Source: Candidatus Bathyarchaeota archaeon
GTDB taxonomy: Archaea > Thermoproteota > Bathyarchaeia > Bathyarchaeales > Bathycorpusculaceae
Reading direction: 5' to 3'
NCBI GenBank assembly: GCA_963832745.1
Contig: CAWHVC010000002.1
Coordinates: 1-64,000, forward strand
Length of the DNA stretch: 64,000 nt
The translations under genes and the position numbers were made by a program. Position 1 is the stretch's first letter. Every line of letters starts with the position of its first letter. Shown here piece by piece: positions 1 through 9,447 of this stretch. Below the pieces are notes generated by a model. That model was not told where the DNA came from and did no database searches. It saw nothing but the letters and a program-made list of their open reading frames with translations.

Positions 1-231
1 AAATTTGGAACGCCGAATATGCTCTTTGTTAGTCCAAATTCTTAAACTATAAAATTTGTGATTTGGGAAAATAAGGAAAGACAGTTAAATTCTTTGCTTC
101 CCATAAAAATCTTGCAGCAACGAAATAGTGATACCTAAAAAATAGCCATTTAAGACATAAAAATAATTTTAAAAAATGAGGGTCACCACAAAAATTAAAT
201 GTAAGAAAGTAAAATATTCTTACTGATTCAA

Positions 232-510
232 ATGAGTGCATCAACTACTGAAGAACCAGAAGTTACAACAATCAGCGAAAAGGGTCAAGTAGTCATCCCA
301 TACTCCATACGCAAAGAACTTGGAATAAAACCAAAAAACAAGTTCCTTGTCTACGGCAAAGGCGACACCATAATTATGAAAAAACTGGACCTCCCAGACC
401 TCAAAAAAGAGTGGGAAGACATCTTCAAATTAATGGATAAAAAAGAATTAAAGCTTACAGAAGGGGAAATACAAAAAGAAATAGATGCCTCACGTAAAAA
501 AGACAGATGA
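232..510 (+). CDS. AbrB/MazE/SpoVT family DNA-binding antitoxin
   Basis: TTISEKGQVVIPYSIRKELGIKP swapped-hairpin signature; directly upstream of a PIN gene. Confidence 0.9.
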   Translation: MSASTTEEPEVTTISEKGQVVIPYSIRKELGIKPKNKFLVYGKGDTIIMKKLDLPDLKKEWEDIFKLMDKKELKLTEGEIQKEIDASRKKDR

Positions 511-517
511 TTTAGGT

Positions 518-919
518 ATGCTTCGAGTGGTTCTTGACACCAACGTCCTAATCAGCGCTATAATATCGAATGGAAAAGCAAGAGAACTCTTAAAGGAAGC
601 AATAACAAACAATTACAGCCTTGTCACCTCTAACCTAATTTTAGACGAACTAGAAACTGTTCTTCGCCGCCCCAAGTTTAAAACTGACAAAGAGGAAACC
701 AACAGAATTATTGGCGCACTCAAAAGAACAGCGACTATAACAGATGTAAAAACCAAAATTCAAGCCGTAAAAGACCCCAAAGATAACATGATAATCGAAA
801 CTGCAATCGACGGAAAAGCCCAAATAATTGTGACAGGCGATAAACACCTTTTAACGCTCAAGAATTATGGATCAATCAAAATCATAACAATTGAAGAAAT
901 GCTAACAGGCCCACCATAG
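518..919 (+). CDS. PIN-domain toxin (VapC-like)
   Basis: RVVLDTNVLISA and DPKDNMIIETAIDGKAQIIVTGDKHLL PIN acidic motifs; ATG at 518, 7 nt after the antitoxin stop. Confidence 0.9.
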   Translation: MLRVVLDTNVLISAIISNGKARELLKEAITNNYSLVTSNLILDELETVLRRPKFKTDKEETNRIIGALKRTATITDVKTKIQAVKDPKDNMIIETAIDGKAQIIVTGDKHLLTLKNYGSIKIITIEEMLTGPP

Positions 920-1150
920 AAAACATAGCTTGCTAAATTTATGAGAACTTCGAAACTTTAGGGCATTAATTTTGGCGTAGATGGAGACAATTATTGCAAT
1001 GGCTGCAATTATGCCTAATTTGTTAGGTACTTTATTTTTGAATTTATGGTTTTTTAGTATGGCTGCAGTTAAGCCTGAAATTAACCCTGCAATTGATGAA
1101 ATGATGCTCAGGGACCATAATGAAGGGTACTTTTCCAGCCATTTAGGCAT
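902..1150 (-). CDS. Hypothetical small membrane protein (true start uncertain, possibly frameshifted upstream)
   Basis: Two hydrophobic segments; the frame stays open upstream with a further hydrophobic stretch (FYTILFGAGLAVNLFLIL). Confidence 0.35.
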   Translation of the reverse strand: MPKWLEKYPSLWSLSIISSIAGLISGLTAAILKNHKFKNKVPNKLGIIAAIAIIVSIYAKINALKFRSSHKFSKLCFLWWAC

Positions 1151-1602
1151 CAGTATTAAAAAGAGGTTTACCGCCAGTCCCGCACCAAATAATATGGTGT
1201 AAAAACGGTTTTTTTGGTTTATCTTGCTTTGAGGTTTTTGGTTCGATGTTAAGTGTATTGGTTTCAGGTGACCATCCCGATGGCTTGTATAACTGTAAGT
1301 GACTAAATATTAACTTCAATCATCTGCCAAAAAATAAGCCATAAACAAACCACAACATTCCCCAGCCAAACAACCCAGCCTGAAACATCTGCTTGCAGAA
1401 AACCCCACAACCAAACAGCAACACAATTCACAACCTAAAAACAAAAAACAAACGCCCACCTAACTTGTTGATTGTTGTTGTGCTAAAAAGATTTTACCCA
1501 ACAACTTCTAAACAAAAACATAACGCTGTGTACTTTCTCCTTAAAGTACCACTAACCATAAATGGCTGAAAGTATAATCTTCACTGAGGTTTAATCCAGA
1601 GA

Positions 1603-1749
1603 ATGTCATTTAGAGACCCAGTTTGCGGCATGGTTCTAGACGAGAATACTGCCAAGTTCAAAATTACTTATGAAGGCGAAACATACCATTTCTGCAGTAT
1701 AACATGCAAGAAACGGTTTAAGCGCCAACCTCTTAAATTCACAAAATAA
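1603..1749 (+). CDS. YHS/TRASH domain small metal-binding protein (48 aa, not in ORF track)
   Basis: Manual translation MSFRDPVCGMVLDENTAKFKITYEGETYHFCSITCKKRFKRQPLKFTK: DPVCGM and YxFCSxxC motifs. Confidence 0.88.
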   Translation: MSFRDPVCGMVLDENTAKFKITYEGETYHFCSITCKKRFKRQPLKFTK

Positions 1750-1787
1750 GCCAAAACTTGAAAAAAGTTGGCAAGCTAATTTTAAAT

Positions 1788-2507
1788 TTATTTCAAAATT
1801 CTCCACACGACAGCAGCTAATAGTCCACCTATTATTGGGGCAACCCAAAACAGCCAAAGCTGCTCCAATGCTAAACCACCCACAAACAAGGCTGGACCCA
1901 AACTTCTAGCGGGGTTAACACTGGCGTTAGTTATAGGTATTAAAACTAGGTGTGCTAATAACAGGGCGAGTCCAATTGCTATTCCAGCAAAGCCTTTGGG
2001 CGCTTTTTCGCTTAATGAACCAAAAACAACAAGAATGAAAATAAAAGAGAAGACTATTTCAGAAATTATTGCAGCAGTAAGAGAGTAGCCTCCTGGCGAG
2101 GCAATTCCATAACCGTTTTGAGCTAAACCGTTTATGGCAATATTGTATGATGGAACACCAATTGCAATCGAATAAAGTATGCCTGCACCGAATATTGCAC
2201 CCGCACATTGGAAAATAACATAAAATATGGCGTCTTTAACGCTTAATTTTCCAGCAGCCAACATGGCTATAGAAATGGCAGGGTTAATGTGGCAACCTGA
2301 AACACTGCCTATAGCATAAACCATCACTAACACGGAAAGACCAAAAGCAAAAGACACCCCTAAATTTCCGATATAGTTACCTGCAATAACAGCGCTACCA
2401 CAACCTGCCAAAACAAGAACCAAAGTTCCAACAAATTCTGCAACGTATTTTTTTGAGGCTTTAATAGTAGGGGGCATGACTTCAGTTTTTTTTACTTCAG
2501 TCATCAA
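1788..2507 (-). CDS. aqpZ: Aquaporin Z / MIP family channel
   Basis: AEFVGT, SGCHINPAIS and ASVNPARSLGPA (two NPA boxes), WLFWVAPIIG. Confidence 0.93.
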   Translation of the reverse strand: MMTEVKKTEVMPPTIKASKKYVAEFVGTLVLVLAGCGSAVIAGNYIGNLGVSFAFGLSVLVMVYAIGSVSGCHINPAISIAMLAAGKLSVKDAIFYVIFQCAGAIFGAGILYSIAIGVPSYNIAINGLAQNGYGIASPGGYSLTAAIISEIVFSFIFILVVFGSLSEKAPKGFAGIAIGLALLLAHLVLIPITNASVNPARSLGPALFVGGLALEQLWLFWVAPIIGGLLAAVVWRILK

Positions 2508-2592
2508 AAAGTCTTCTCCGTAATAACTTTCAAGCGTTGAGATGCTAATAACATTTTCTATTAATTAAAAAAAAATAAAAAATGAATAAAAA

Positions 2593-3871
2593 TTAAAGTT
2601 TTTCAGACGCCGAAATATCCATCATCATAAAACCTGACAACGGTTTCGGATAAAAGTCTGTGCTTTTCTCTGGCAAACGTTCATGTTGCAGTGCGAGTTC
2701 TGCCACGGCTTTTGCACTAATTGGGTTTACAAGAAACGCAACACTTGCTTTGCCCTGGTCAACTTTTGCTAATGCATCTTTTGCCCAACGTTCATAAAGA
2801 ATACCTTCATCAATTTTAAGCTCGCCAGTTTTCAGAATATTCTTAAAGACAATATCGCGCAGGATAACTACGTCAAAGATTTTAGTTTCTTTTGAGGTGT
2901 GTGCGGAAACGTATTGGTAAACGCTTTCTTCGTGTTTCATGGTCAAGCCGTAAGCGTTTTTGCCGTCGTAAACACAGAAAGCATGCTCGTTTATGTGGCT
3001 TGCAAGATAGTTGTCAATATCCTCAATGTTAGGGGCTATATCAGTGACTGCAAAGTAACGTTTGAATTCTTCCATAACCTCAGGGGTAATCTTGGCGTCT
3101 TTAAGCAGACGGTGTGTTGGCCGTACCACTAAGCCCTCGTCCTGCACGGGCACCATGTAGCACATGTGGAAGTTAAACGCTGAATCTTCAGACCAGTCAC
3201 CTTTGGCACGCATCTCGTCACGGTAAGCAATGGCACTTTCGTAACGGTGGTGACCATCATTGATGACCATTTTCTTTTCACTTAGGACTTGCTGGATAAA
3301 CCTGATTTTTTCTGAGTCTGTAACTTGCCAGACTGTATGTTCTACCCCGTCTGGGTCGGTGACTTGGGCTAACGGGGCGGTTTTGGCTATTTCTTTAAAG
3401 AAATCTATCGTCTTGTTTTCCGCGTCTGGGTACATTAGGAAAACTTGTTCAAGGTCTTTCTGCACAGTTCGCAAGCATGTTTAAGCGGTCTGCTTTTGGT
3501 GCTGAATGAGTGAATTCGTGAGGAAAAACCATGTTTTCACTGTAAGGATACAAACGTAGTGCAGCAATCAAGCCAGTGCGTGCAAGCGTTTTGCCATGGA
3601 TGATGTATTCTTGGCGGGAAACAAAAATTGCAGGTTGCTTGGTGCGTTCTAGTATGCCGTCTTTTAGCCATTGTTCGATTCGTTGCTTTGCGACTTGATA
3701 CTTATCAGCTTCTATTGGCAGAATTAGGCGGCAGTAATTGTAAGGTGACTTTTCATAGTATTCTTTTTGCATTTGGGGGTCAATTTTGTCGTAAGGCTGA
3801 GTAACCAACGTTTCAGGGTTGCCAGCTTTAGGAGTGTACTTTATAGCTTTAAATGGTCTTATGTCAACCAA
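2593..3871 (-). pseudogene. DUF1015 family protein split by one +1 frameshift near 3472-3476 (pseudogene or assembly error)
   Basis: N-part MVDIRPFKA..PYDKI..FPHE; C-part INDGHHRYE..PTHR..PEKSTDFYPK; junction atg ctt gcg aac would read M-L-R-T if one T were removed. Confidence 0.85.
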
Positions 3872-3882
3872 ACGTCATCCGC

Positions 3883-4779
3883 TCACTGTTTCTCTAAGAC
3901 TTCAATAACTCGGTTAGCTATCTGCACACTAGCCTTTAACTGTGCCTCTTCAGTTTGAGCACCCATATGTGGCGTAGCAATAACATTAGGCAACGTGAGC
4001 AGCTTGCTGTTTTTCGGCGGTTCCTCTTCAAAAACGTCAAGTGCGGCGGCTTTAACTTTGCCAGAAACCAACGCTTGATACAAGGCTTCTTGGTCGATTA
4101 CTCCGCCTCGAGAGCAATCAACAATCATGACGCCGGTTTTCATTTTTTCAAATTCTTTAGTTGAAATCATGTGCTTAGTCAAAGGGCTAAACGGAACATG
4201 AATCGTGATAAAGTCTGCTTTAGGTAACATGTCGTCAAGCGGCACGAAACGGTCGTAAACACATTCTTCAACGGCTACAACCTTCATGCCCATCTGGATG
4301 GCAAAGCGTTCTACTGTTCTGCCAATATAACCGCAGCCAATCACTCCCAAGGTTTTTCCGTTAATTTCGGTTCCCATGAGCTGCTCTTTTTCCCATTTGC
4401 CTTCCCGCATGCTAATTGTTCCTTGCACTATGTTTCTTGCAAGGGCGATGATGTATCCTATCGCTAATTCGGCGACGCTCATGTAACTGACGTGCGGCGT
4501 GTTAACGACTTTTATGCCCAACTCGTTGGCTTTTTGAAAGTCCACATTGTCCAGTCCTTCGCCTGCGCGGGCTATAACTTTTAGTTTTTTTGCGTTAGAA
4601 AGAAGTTCACCTTTTACTTTTGTTGCTGACCTGACAATTAAAACGTCATAGTCAGCGATTATTTTTGAAAGTTCAGTTTTAGGCATATCCCAAGCCTTAG
4701 TGACTTGGTAGCCTTTTTCTTGCAGTATTTTTATTCCGTCATTAGAGATTTTGTCGCTTATGAGGATTTTAATGGTCAC
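3883..4779 (-). CDS. serA: D-3-phosphoglycerate dehydrogenase / D-2-hydroxyacid dehydrogenase
   Basis: LIVRSATKV, GxGLDNVD, GVIGCGYIG, ALDVFEEEP, TPHMGAQT; short type without ACT domain. Confidence 0.88.
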   Translation of the reverse strand: MTIKILISDKISNDGIKILQEKGYQVTKAWDMPKTELSKIIADYDVLIVRSATKVKGELLSNAKKLKVIARAGEGLDNVDFQKANELGIKVVNTPHVSYMSVAELAIGYIIALARNIVQGTISMREGKWEKEQLMGTEINGKTLGVIGCGYIGRTVERFAIQMGMKVVAVEECVYDRFVPLDDMLPKADFITIHVPFSPLTKHMISTKEFEKMKTGVMIVDCSRGGVIDQEALYQALVSGKVKAAALDVFEEEPPKNSKLLTLPNVIATPHMGAQTEEAQLKASVQIANRVIEVLEKQ

Positions 4780-5852
4780 TTACCAATTCCCCAAATCTCA
4801 TCAATCAGGCTAATAACCTGCTTTATGCCGTCAAGGTTCCATTCACCCATGTGGCCAATGCGGAAGGTCTTGTCTTTTAGTTTACCGTAACCTGCAGAGA
4901 TCAAGTAGCCGCGTTCAGCAAGTTTTTGGCTCATTGTATTAACGTCTTTGCCGTTACTGTTTATGCAGCTGACAGTTACTGATTCATAGCCGGGCTCTGG
5001 GAACATGCTAAAGTTCTTCTTTGCCCAAGCTTGGGTATAGTTTGCCATGTCAACGTGGCGTTGGTAAACTTTGTCGTAGGTTTCAGCAAGCAGCAGGTCC
5101 ATGCGTTTGTCTAAAGCATACAGCATGCTAACGTTTGGCGTAAATGGTGTTTGATGTTTCTTCTCGAATTCAAAGATTTCAACCATGTCAGTGTATCCGC
5201 CGCGGTTTGGCACTGTTTTTGCCCGTTCAATCGCGCGGTCATTGACAAGAGCTACTGCTAAGCCTGGAGGTAACGCAAAACATTTTTGGGTAGAGCCAAA
5301 GATGATGTCACAACCGATTTCTGAAGGAATTAGTTTGTCGCCTGCCAGTGAGGATACTGCATCGACTGCCAGAATTACGTCTGGGTAGTCTTTTCGTATC
5401 ATTTGAGCAATTTCTTTTATTGGGCTGCGAACGCCAGTGGATGTTTCGTTGTGGCAGACGGTAACGGTGTCGTATCCGCCGTTTTCAAGTTTCTCTGCAA
5501 CCATGTCTGGTTTGATGGCTTTGCCCATTTCCACTTCAAGCACGTCAGCTTCTTTGCCGCATGCTGTGATGGTTTTTGCTGCTCTTTGTGAGAAGGCGCC
5601 GTTTACGCATGCGAGAGCTTTTTGTTTAACGACGCTTCTTGCGACGATGTCAAACCATAGTGTGCCTGATCCTGTTGTTACGGTTGGTTTGATGTCTGGT
5701 GTTAACTGGAAGAAACTGGTTAGTTTGTCAGTGATTCCTCCATATAATGTTGAGAATTCTTTTTCTCGGTGACCTATAAGCGGTCGAGCTTGTTCTTCTA
5801 GAATTTCTTTACTAACTTCTGTTGGTCCAGGAATTAGAAGTTTCTTGTGCAT
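4776..5852 (-). CDS. Class V PLP aminotransferase (archaeal-type phosphoserine / serine-pyruvate aminotransferase)
   Basis: LLIPGPT, HNETSTGV, VDAVSS, STQKCFALPPG (PLP lysine), FRIGHMG; overlaps serA start. Confidence 0.9.
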   Translation of the reverse strand: MHKKLLIPGPTEVSKEILEEQARPLIGHREKEFSTLYGGITDKLTSFFQLTPDIKPTVTTGSGTLWFDIVARSVVKQKALACVNGAFSQRAAKTITACGKEADVLEVEMGKAIKPDMVAEKLENGGYDTVTVCHNETSTGVRSPIKEIAQMIRKDYPDVILAVDAVSSLAGDKLIPSEIGCDIIFGSTQKCFALPPGLAVALVNDRAIERAKTVPNRGGYTDMVEIFEFEKKHQTPFTPNVSMLYALDKRMDLLLAETYDKVYQRHVDMANYTQAWAKKNFSMFPEPGYESVTVSCINSNGKDVNTMSQKLAERGYLISAGYGKLKDKTFRIGHMGEWNLDGIKQVISLIDEIWGIGK

Positions 5853-6094
5853 TTGGAGAGTCCTCTAAAGCAAGGAAGGCTCAAACTGAAAATATAAGGC
5901 TTTATGCTACATTTAATGACAAAACTGGTGCTGAAAAAAAGTTTTTGAGACTTTACTTTATTGATTAGTGTCTTTTTCGGTTTAGACCATTTAAACAGGG
6001 AATTAAGGGTTTTTTTCTATAGTTTTATTCTAAAACTGAACCTCATAACTCTTTTAAAAGCCACTTTGCAGGTTAATGAATGAGGAAACGATAA

Positions 6095-6304
6095 GTGACA
6101 AAGATAAAATGGGCATTAAACCTTCTTGACGATGGACACTGGCATTCAATAGATTCACTTCGCCGAAACATCGATTTCAGCCCTTTTGAAATAACTGAAC
6201 TTGTAACCTTTCTATCAGATTATAACCTTGTAACTTTTGACAATAAAGGGTTAAAAGTAAAATTAAATTCTGACTTCAAAAAACTGATGATGCAAACAAG
6301 CTAA
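6095..6304 (+). CDS. Small winged-helix-like hypothetical protein
   Basis: LLDDGHWHSIDSL..ELVTFLSDYNLV pattern typical of short wHTH proteins. Confidence 0.55.
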   Translation: MTKIKWALNLLDDGHWHSIDSLRRNIDFSPFEITELVTFLSDYNLVTFDNKGLKVKLNSDFKKLMMQTS

Positions 6305-6313
6305 AAACTGGGG

Positions 6314-6751
6314 TTACGCCGTTGTTTTAGGCGCCGCCAACTTGTTTTCCACTTTTGATAGCAAGTCAGCGTCATCAATGGTTTTTTCCATAAAGATGCT
6401 TGCCCGGTTTTCACCTTTAATAATGCAGAGTGCTTTGAGGGTTTTGCCTTCAACTGTGATGTTTTCAACTTTTCCGATGTCAAAGAGTTTTTCTGCAGTT
6501 TGGCTTGACTCCAATACTGCGGAAGTTAAAAGTGAATAATCCATTAGCTTTTTTGTGTCGTTGAGGTCTATGGTGGCTGAGGTTTGGCTTTTAAGAATGT
6601 AACCTGTTACTCCCGAGGTTTTTCTTATTTCAACTAACGCCTCATTTAGGTTAGTGTACTCAAAGTTTTCTTCCTCAACCGGTTTAACCGTTGCATCCTC
6701 AACAAAAACGGTTGTTGAAGTTTCAGTCATACTGTTGTTATTTTTACCCAT
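6314..6751 (-). CDS. Roadblock/LAMTOR (MglB-like) domain protein
   Basis: LNEALVEIRKTSGVTGYIL, then helix and LFDIGKVENITVEG strands: Roadblock secondary-structure pattern. Confidence 0.65.
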   Translation of the reverse strand: MGKNNNSMTETSTTVFVEDATVKPVEEENFEYTNLNEALVEIRKTSGVTGYILKSQTSATIDLNDTKKLMDYSLLTSAVLESSQTAEKLFDIGKVENITVEGKTLKALCIIKGENRASIFMEKTIDDADLLSKVENKLAAPKTTA

Positions 6752-6767
6752 TTTTAACGCCTCTTTT

Positions 6768-7556
6768 TTAGATAACTGGCTTGATCATGACTAATTCTCC
6801 TTGCGAAACCTCAAGGCTCTGCATGATTTTTTCAGGAACCTGCACTATGCCCTTTGCAGGATTTTTTGATTCTTTTATTGGCTTAAATTTACTTCTGAAA
6901 GTTTTTAGCCTCAACGACTCAATTTCTACCTGCTCAATTACTTTGCCCTCATAAAGTTGGCTCCAACTCTTTATGACATCGCTATCAATACGAATTGTGT
7001 CTGAGGCGACAAGCAATCCGCCGATTTTTTCAACCATAAACTGGTGAACTGGGGCTTTAGGAAGAAATGGCTCAAATTTTTCAGGCTCCACAATTGCAGG
7101 TTCAGGTTTGATTTCTGCTGGTTGTACCTTTATTTGCTCTTCAGATGTTGCCTGACTTGCTTCGAAAATCGCTTTTATTTCGCCGCTTTGAGCTAACTGC
7201 TGAATAACTTTGATTACTACTGGAACTAAAACGTGATTTAATGCAAACAAGGTTTTTTCGTCAAACATTTTTGAAGAAACAGTCGCCAAATAGAAATTGT
7301 CCATGCAAACTGCAAAATTAACTTGGCCACTGCTGCCTCTGATTGTCAGGTTTTCAAAGCCTCCTACAGCGTCTAAACGACATGTCATTTCGTTGAAAAA
7401 CTGTATGGCTTCCTGTATTGTGCTTGGGTTTGCGTTGTCATCTTGAGCTATTACTTCGCCGTCTTGCCTGAAAACAAATGCGCTGGAAACTTCGGGGGTG
7501 ATGTTTCTGATTTCATCTATTGCTGTTTTTAATGCAAGTGAATAAATTGGGGTCAA
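6768..7556 (-). CDS. N-terminal Roadblock-like domain fused to a C-terminal double-psi beta-barrel-like domain
   Basis: LKTAIDEIRNITPEVSSAFVFRQDGEVIA (Roadblock); Pro/Glu linker; GIVQVPEKIMQSLEVSQGELVMIKP resembles the CDC48-N/DPBB second half. Confidence 0.6.
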   Translation of the reverse strand: MTPIYSLALKTAIDEIRNITPEVSSAFVFRQDGEVIAQDDNANPSTIQEAIQFFNEMTCRLDAVGGFENLTIRGSSGQVNFAVCMDNFYLATVSSKMFDEKTLFALNHVLVPVVIKVIQQLAQSGEIKAIFEASQATSEEQIKVQPAEIKPEPAIVEPEKFEPFLPKAPVHQFMVEKIGGLLVASDTIRIDSDVIKSWSQLYEGKVIEQVEIESLRLKTFRSKFKPIKESKNPAKGIVQVPEKIMQSLEVSQGELVMIKPVI

Positions 7557-7587
7557 TTCTGTGTGCCTCGGCTAAATGAAAAAATGA

Positions 7588-8013
7588 TTAGTAAATTTTG
7601 AATAGTATGCGTTCTGGGATACCTTCGGTTTCAACAACCAGATACTTCAGTCCGTCTGTGTCGCCTAACTGGTCAAGCCATTTTAATGCTTCACGTGCCT
7701 TCTGTAAAACCAAAAGGCGTTCTTGGTGACTTCGGACTACAGATTCTATGGCTGTTAACTCATGAAACGGGTTTGCATCCAACACAACGTTTAATGTGCC
7801 AAGTGCAATTTCGCCTTGAGTTTCAGTGCTGGTTTTTTTGCCTGCAAGTCTGAGGACGACTTCATGGAGTTTCTTTGACTTTTCTGCCAAAGACCTGATT
7901 TCGTCTAGTCTGCGCAGGTATTCACCTAATGTGCTTTTTGTGTCTGCTATTTCCTTATCGAGTGTATCTGCAATTTCTTGTGCTGATTTGTATTCTTTTA
8001 TTTCTACTACCAT
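7588..8013 (-). CDS. Hypothetical coiled-coil protein
   Basis: Two long amphipathic helices flanking a short beta-rich segment; GGAGGTG RBS upstream. Confidence 0.75.
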   Translation of the reverse strand: MVVEIKEYKSAQEIADTLDKEIADTKSTLGEYLRRLDEIRSLAEKSKKLHEVVLRLAGKKTSTETQGEIALGTLNVVLDANPFHELTAIESVVRSHQERLLVLQKAREALKWLDQLGDTDGLKYLVVETEGIPERILFKIY

Positions 8014-8044
8014 GTTTTTGTTGCACCTCCAAATTTGGGGAACT

Positions 8045-8081
8045 TAGAGAAAGGGAAAGAAAAGAGTGTTTGACGCACTCT
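8045..8081 (-). terminator. Possible hairpin plus pyrimidine-tract terminator after the pilin gene
   Basis: AGAGTG-N7-CACTCT inverted repeat (8063-8081) followed on the minus strand by TTTCTTTCCCTTTCTCT. Confidence 0.35.
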
Positions 8082-8120
8082 AAACCCTAAACTTGATTGT
8101 TTGCTAAATAATGGGAAATT

Positions 8121-8564
8121 TTAAGATGGCGGTACTGCGCTGATGCTGAACGGGTTGTTCTTTGATGTCAAAATTGTGATTTGGTAATTGTTGCCTGCAA
8201 CGATTGGAGTGGCTGCTGATGGTGTAATGACAAATGTTACTTGTCCGTTTGCTGCAATTGGTACAGTAGTTGAAGTGCCGTTGTATGATGCGGTAACACC
8301 GTTTATGGTTGCGCTTGAAACTGTTACTGCTGATGTTCCAGTGTTCTTTACAACTACGGTGGCTGTTTGACTATCTACACTGAATTCTGGAGTCCCTACT
8401 GTAAGTGTTTCTGTTTGCATGAAGTTGCCGGCTAATCCGCCCATCCATGCGGCTACTGCCACGCTAACTGCTACTGTGACTGCGATTAGGATGATTGATG
8501 CGACCACTGGGCTTAGGGCTTTTGCGTTATTTTGGATTTTTCTAATTTTTTCTGGATAATTCAT
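8121..8564 (-). CDS. Archaeal type IV pilin / archaellin-like N-terminus (class III signal peptide)
   Basis: Basic leader then KA|LSPVVASIILIAVTVAVSVAVAAW; VKNTG motif; Thr-rich Ig-like body; AAGGAGG RBS. Confidence 0.88.
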   Translation of the reverse strand: MNYPEKIRKIQNNAKALSPVVASIILIAVTVAVSVAVAAWMGGLAGNFMQTETLTVGTPEFSVDSQTATVVVKNTGTSAVTVSSATINGVTASYNGTSTTVPIAANGQVTFVITPSAATPIVAGNNYQITILTSKNNPFSISAVPPS

Positions 8565-8620
8565 TTGTTTTTTTTATCCTCCTTAATTTGTTTTTAAGTT
8601 AGAGTGCTCTGCAGTACAAT

Positions 8621-8641
8621 TTAAGTATTATGACTTAATAC
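8621..8641. promoter_or_regulatory. Overlapping palindromes upstream of the pilin gene (putative operator)
   Basis: TTAAGT-N6-ACTTAA (8621-8638) and GTATTA-N5-TAATAC (8625-8641), overlapping a TATA-like CTTAAAT on the minus strand. Confidence 0.3.
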
Positions 8642-8763
8642 ATCATATTATATGTATGTAGAACAAAACTACACAAAGCCCATCAAAAACACAAAACAAA
8701 ACAAAAAAGCATGGACAAAAAAGAAACTGTTGAACAGTAGAGCGAAAAAACAAATAAAAAAAT

Positions 8764-9099
8764 TTAAGCCTCTAACTCATCGAAAAATCCGAGCAGAAGC
8801 TTCGCAACTTTCTCGCCTAACTCAGTCTTCACATAATACTTCTTCAAAGGATCAATGCGTTCACTTTTAGCTAAGCCCAAATCCTCAATTTCAATCATCC
8901 GGGCTCTGAAGGTGCCATCACTCAACGTGAGCTTGTTTTCCTTCATAAAGTCTTTAGCATCTTTCCATTTTCCTCTGTCCATGTAAAGCAGTAACAGACA
9001 ATCGATAGCGTGGTCCTTTTCAAGCATCGCTTTAACTGCTGAAAGCTTGGGGTCAGTTAGGACACGCTTTACCTTCTCCTCTTCTCCATTCTTTTTCAT
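8764..9099 (-). CDS. Winged-helix transcriptional regulator-like protein
   Basis: LSDGTFRARMIEIEDLGL..YYVKTELGEKVAKLL wHTH wing signature. Confidence 0.7.
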   Translation of the reverse strand: MKKNGEEEKVKRVLTDPKLSAVKAMLEKDHAIDCLLLLYMDRGKWKDAKDFMKENKLTLSDGTFRARMIEIEDLGLAKSERIDPLKKYYVKTELGEKVAKLLLGFFDELEA

Positions 9100-9447
9100 G
9101 TCTTTTTATTCACTACCTATTTTTTGCTTACTATATGCTATCTCCTTGCCCAATTTAAGGCTATATTACGATTTACGACACATATCTGGAGACGCCTTCA
9201 TCCAGACAATGAAATATTAACTACACCTTTATAAACATACAAACAAAATCCGGAATACACTAATTTCAGACTATTAAAAAATTTGCTGAATGAAGTGATA
9301 AATTTCCGTTAAAGAGTTAGCAACTTAAAGATAACCAGTTATGTTCACCGTTTCAAGATTAACCGATACTTGGCAACCCTAAATGGGACCAACTGTGCAA
9401 GACATCCTTTTATAATCAGCATAGACATCCACATATGAGGCAAACCC

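Noticed and set aside
47-244. 65-aa minus-strand ORF
   Set aside because: AT-rich, low complexity, overlaps the antitoxin promoter and start, no motif
232-919. TA pair as marker of a mobile element or defence island
   Set aside because: No integrase, transposase or att-like repeats visible; AbrB-PIN pairs are common chromosomal residents
8652-8870. Lys-rich plus-strand ORF
   Set aside because: Arises from the A-rich complement of a U-rich tract downstream of the wHTH gene and overlaps that gene antisense
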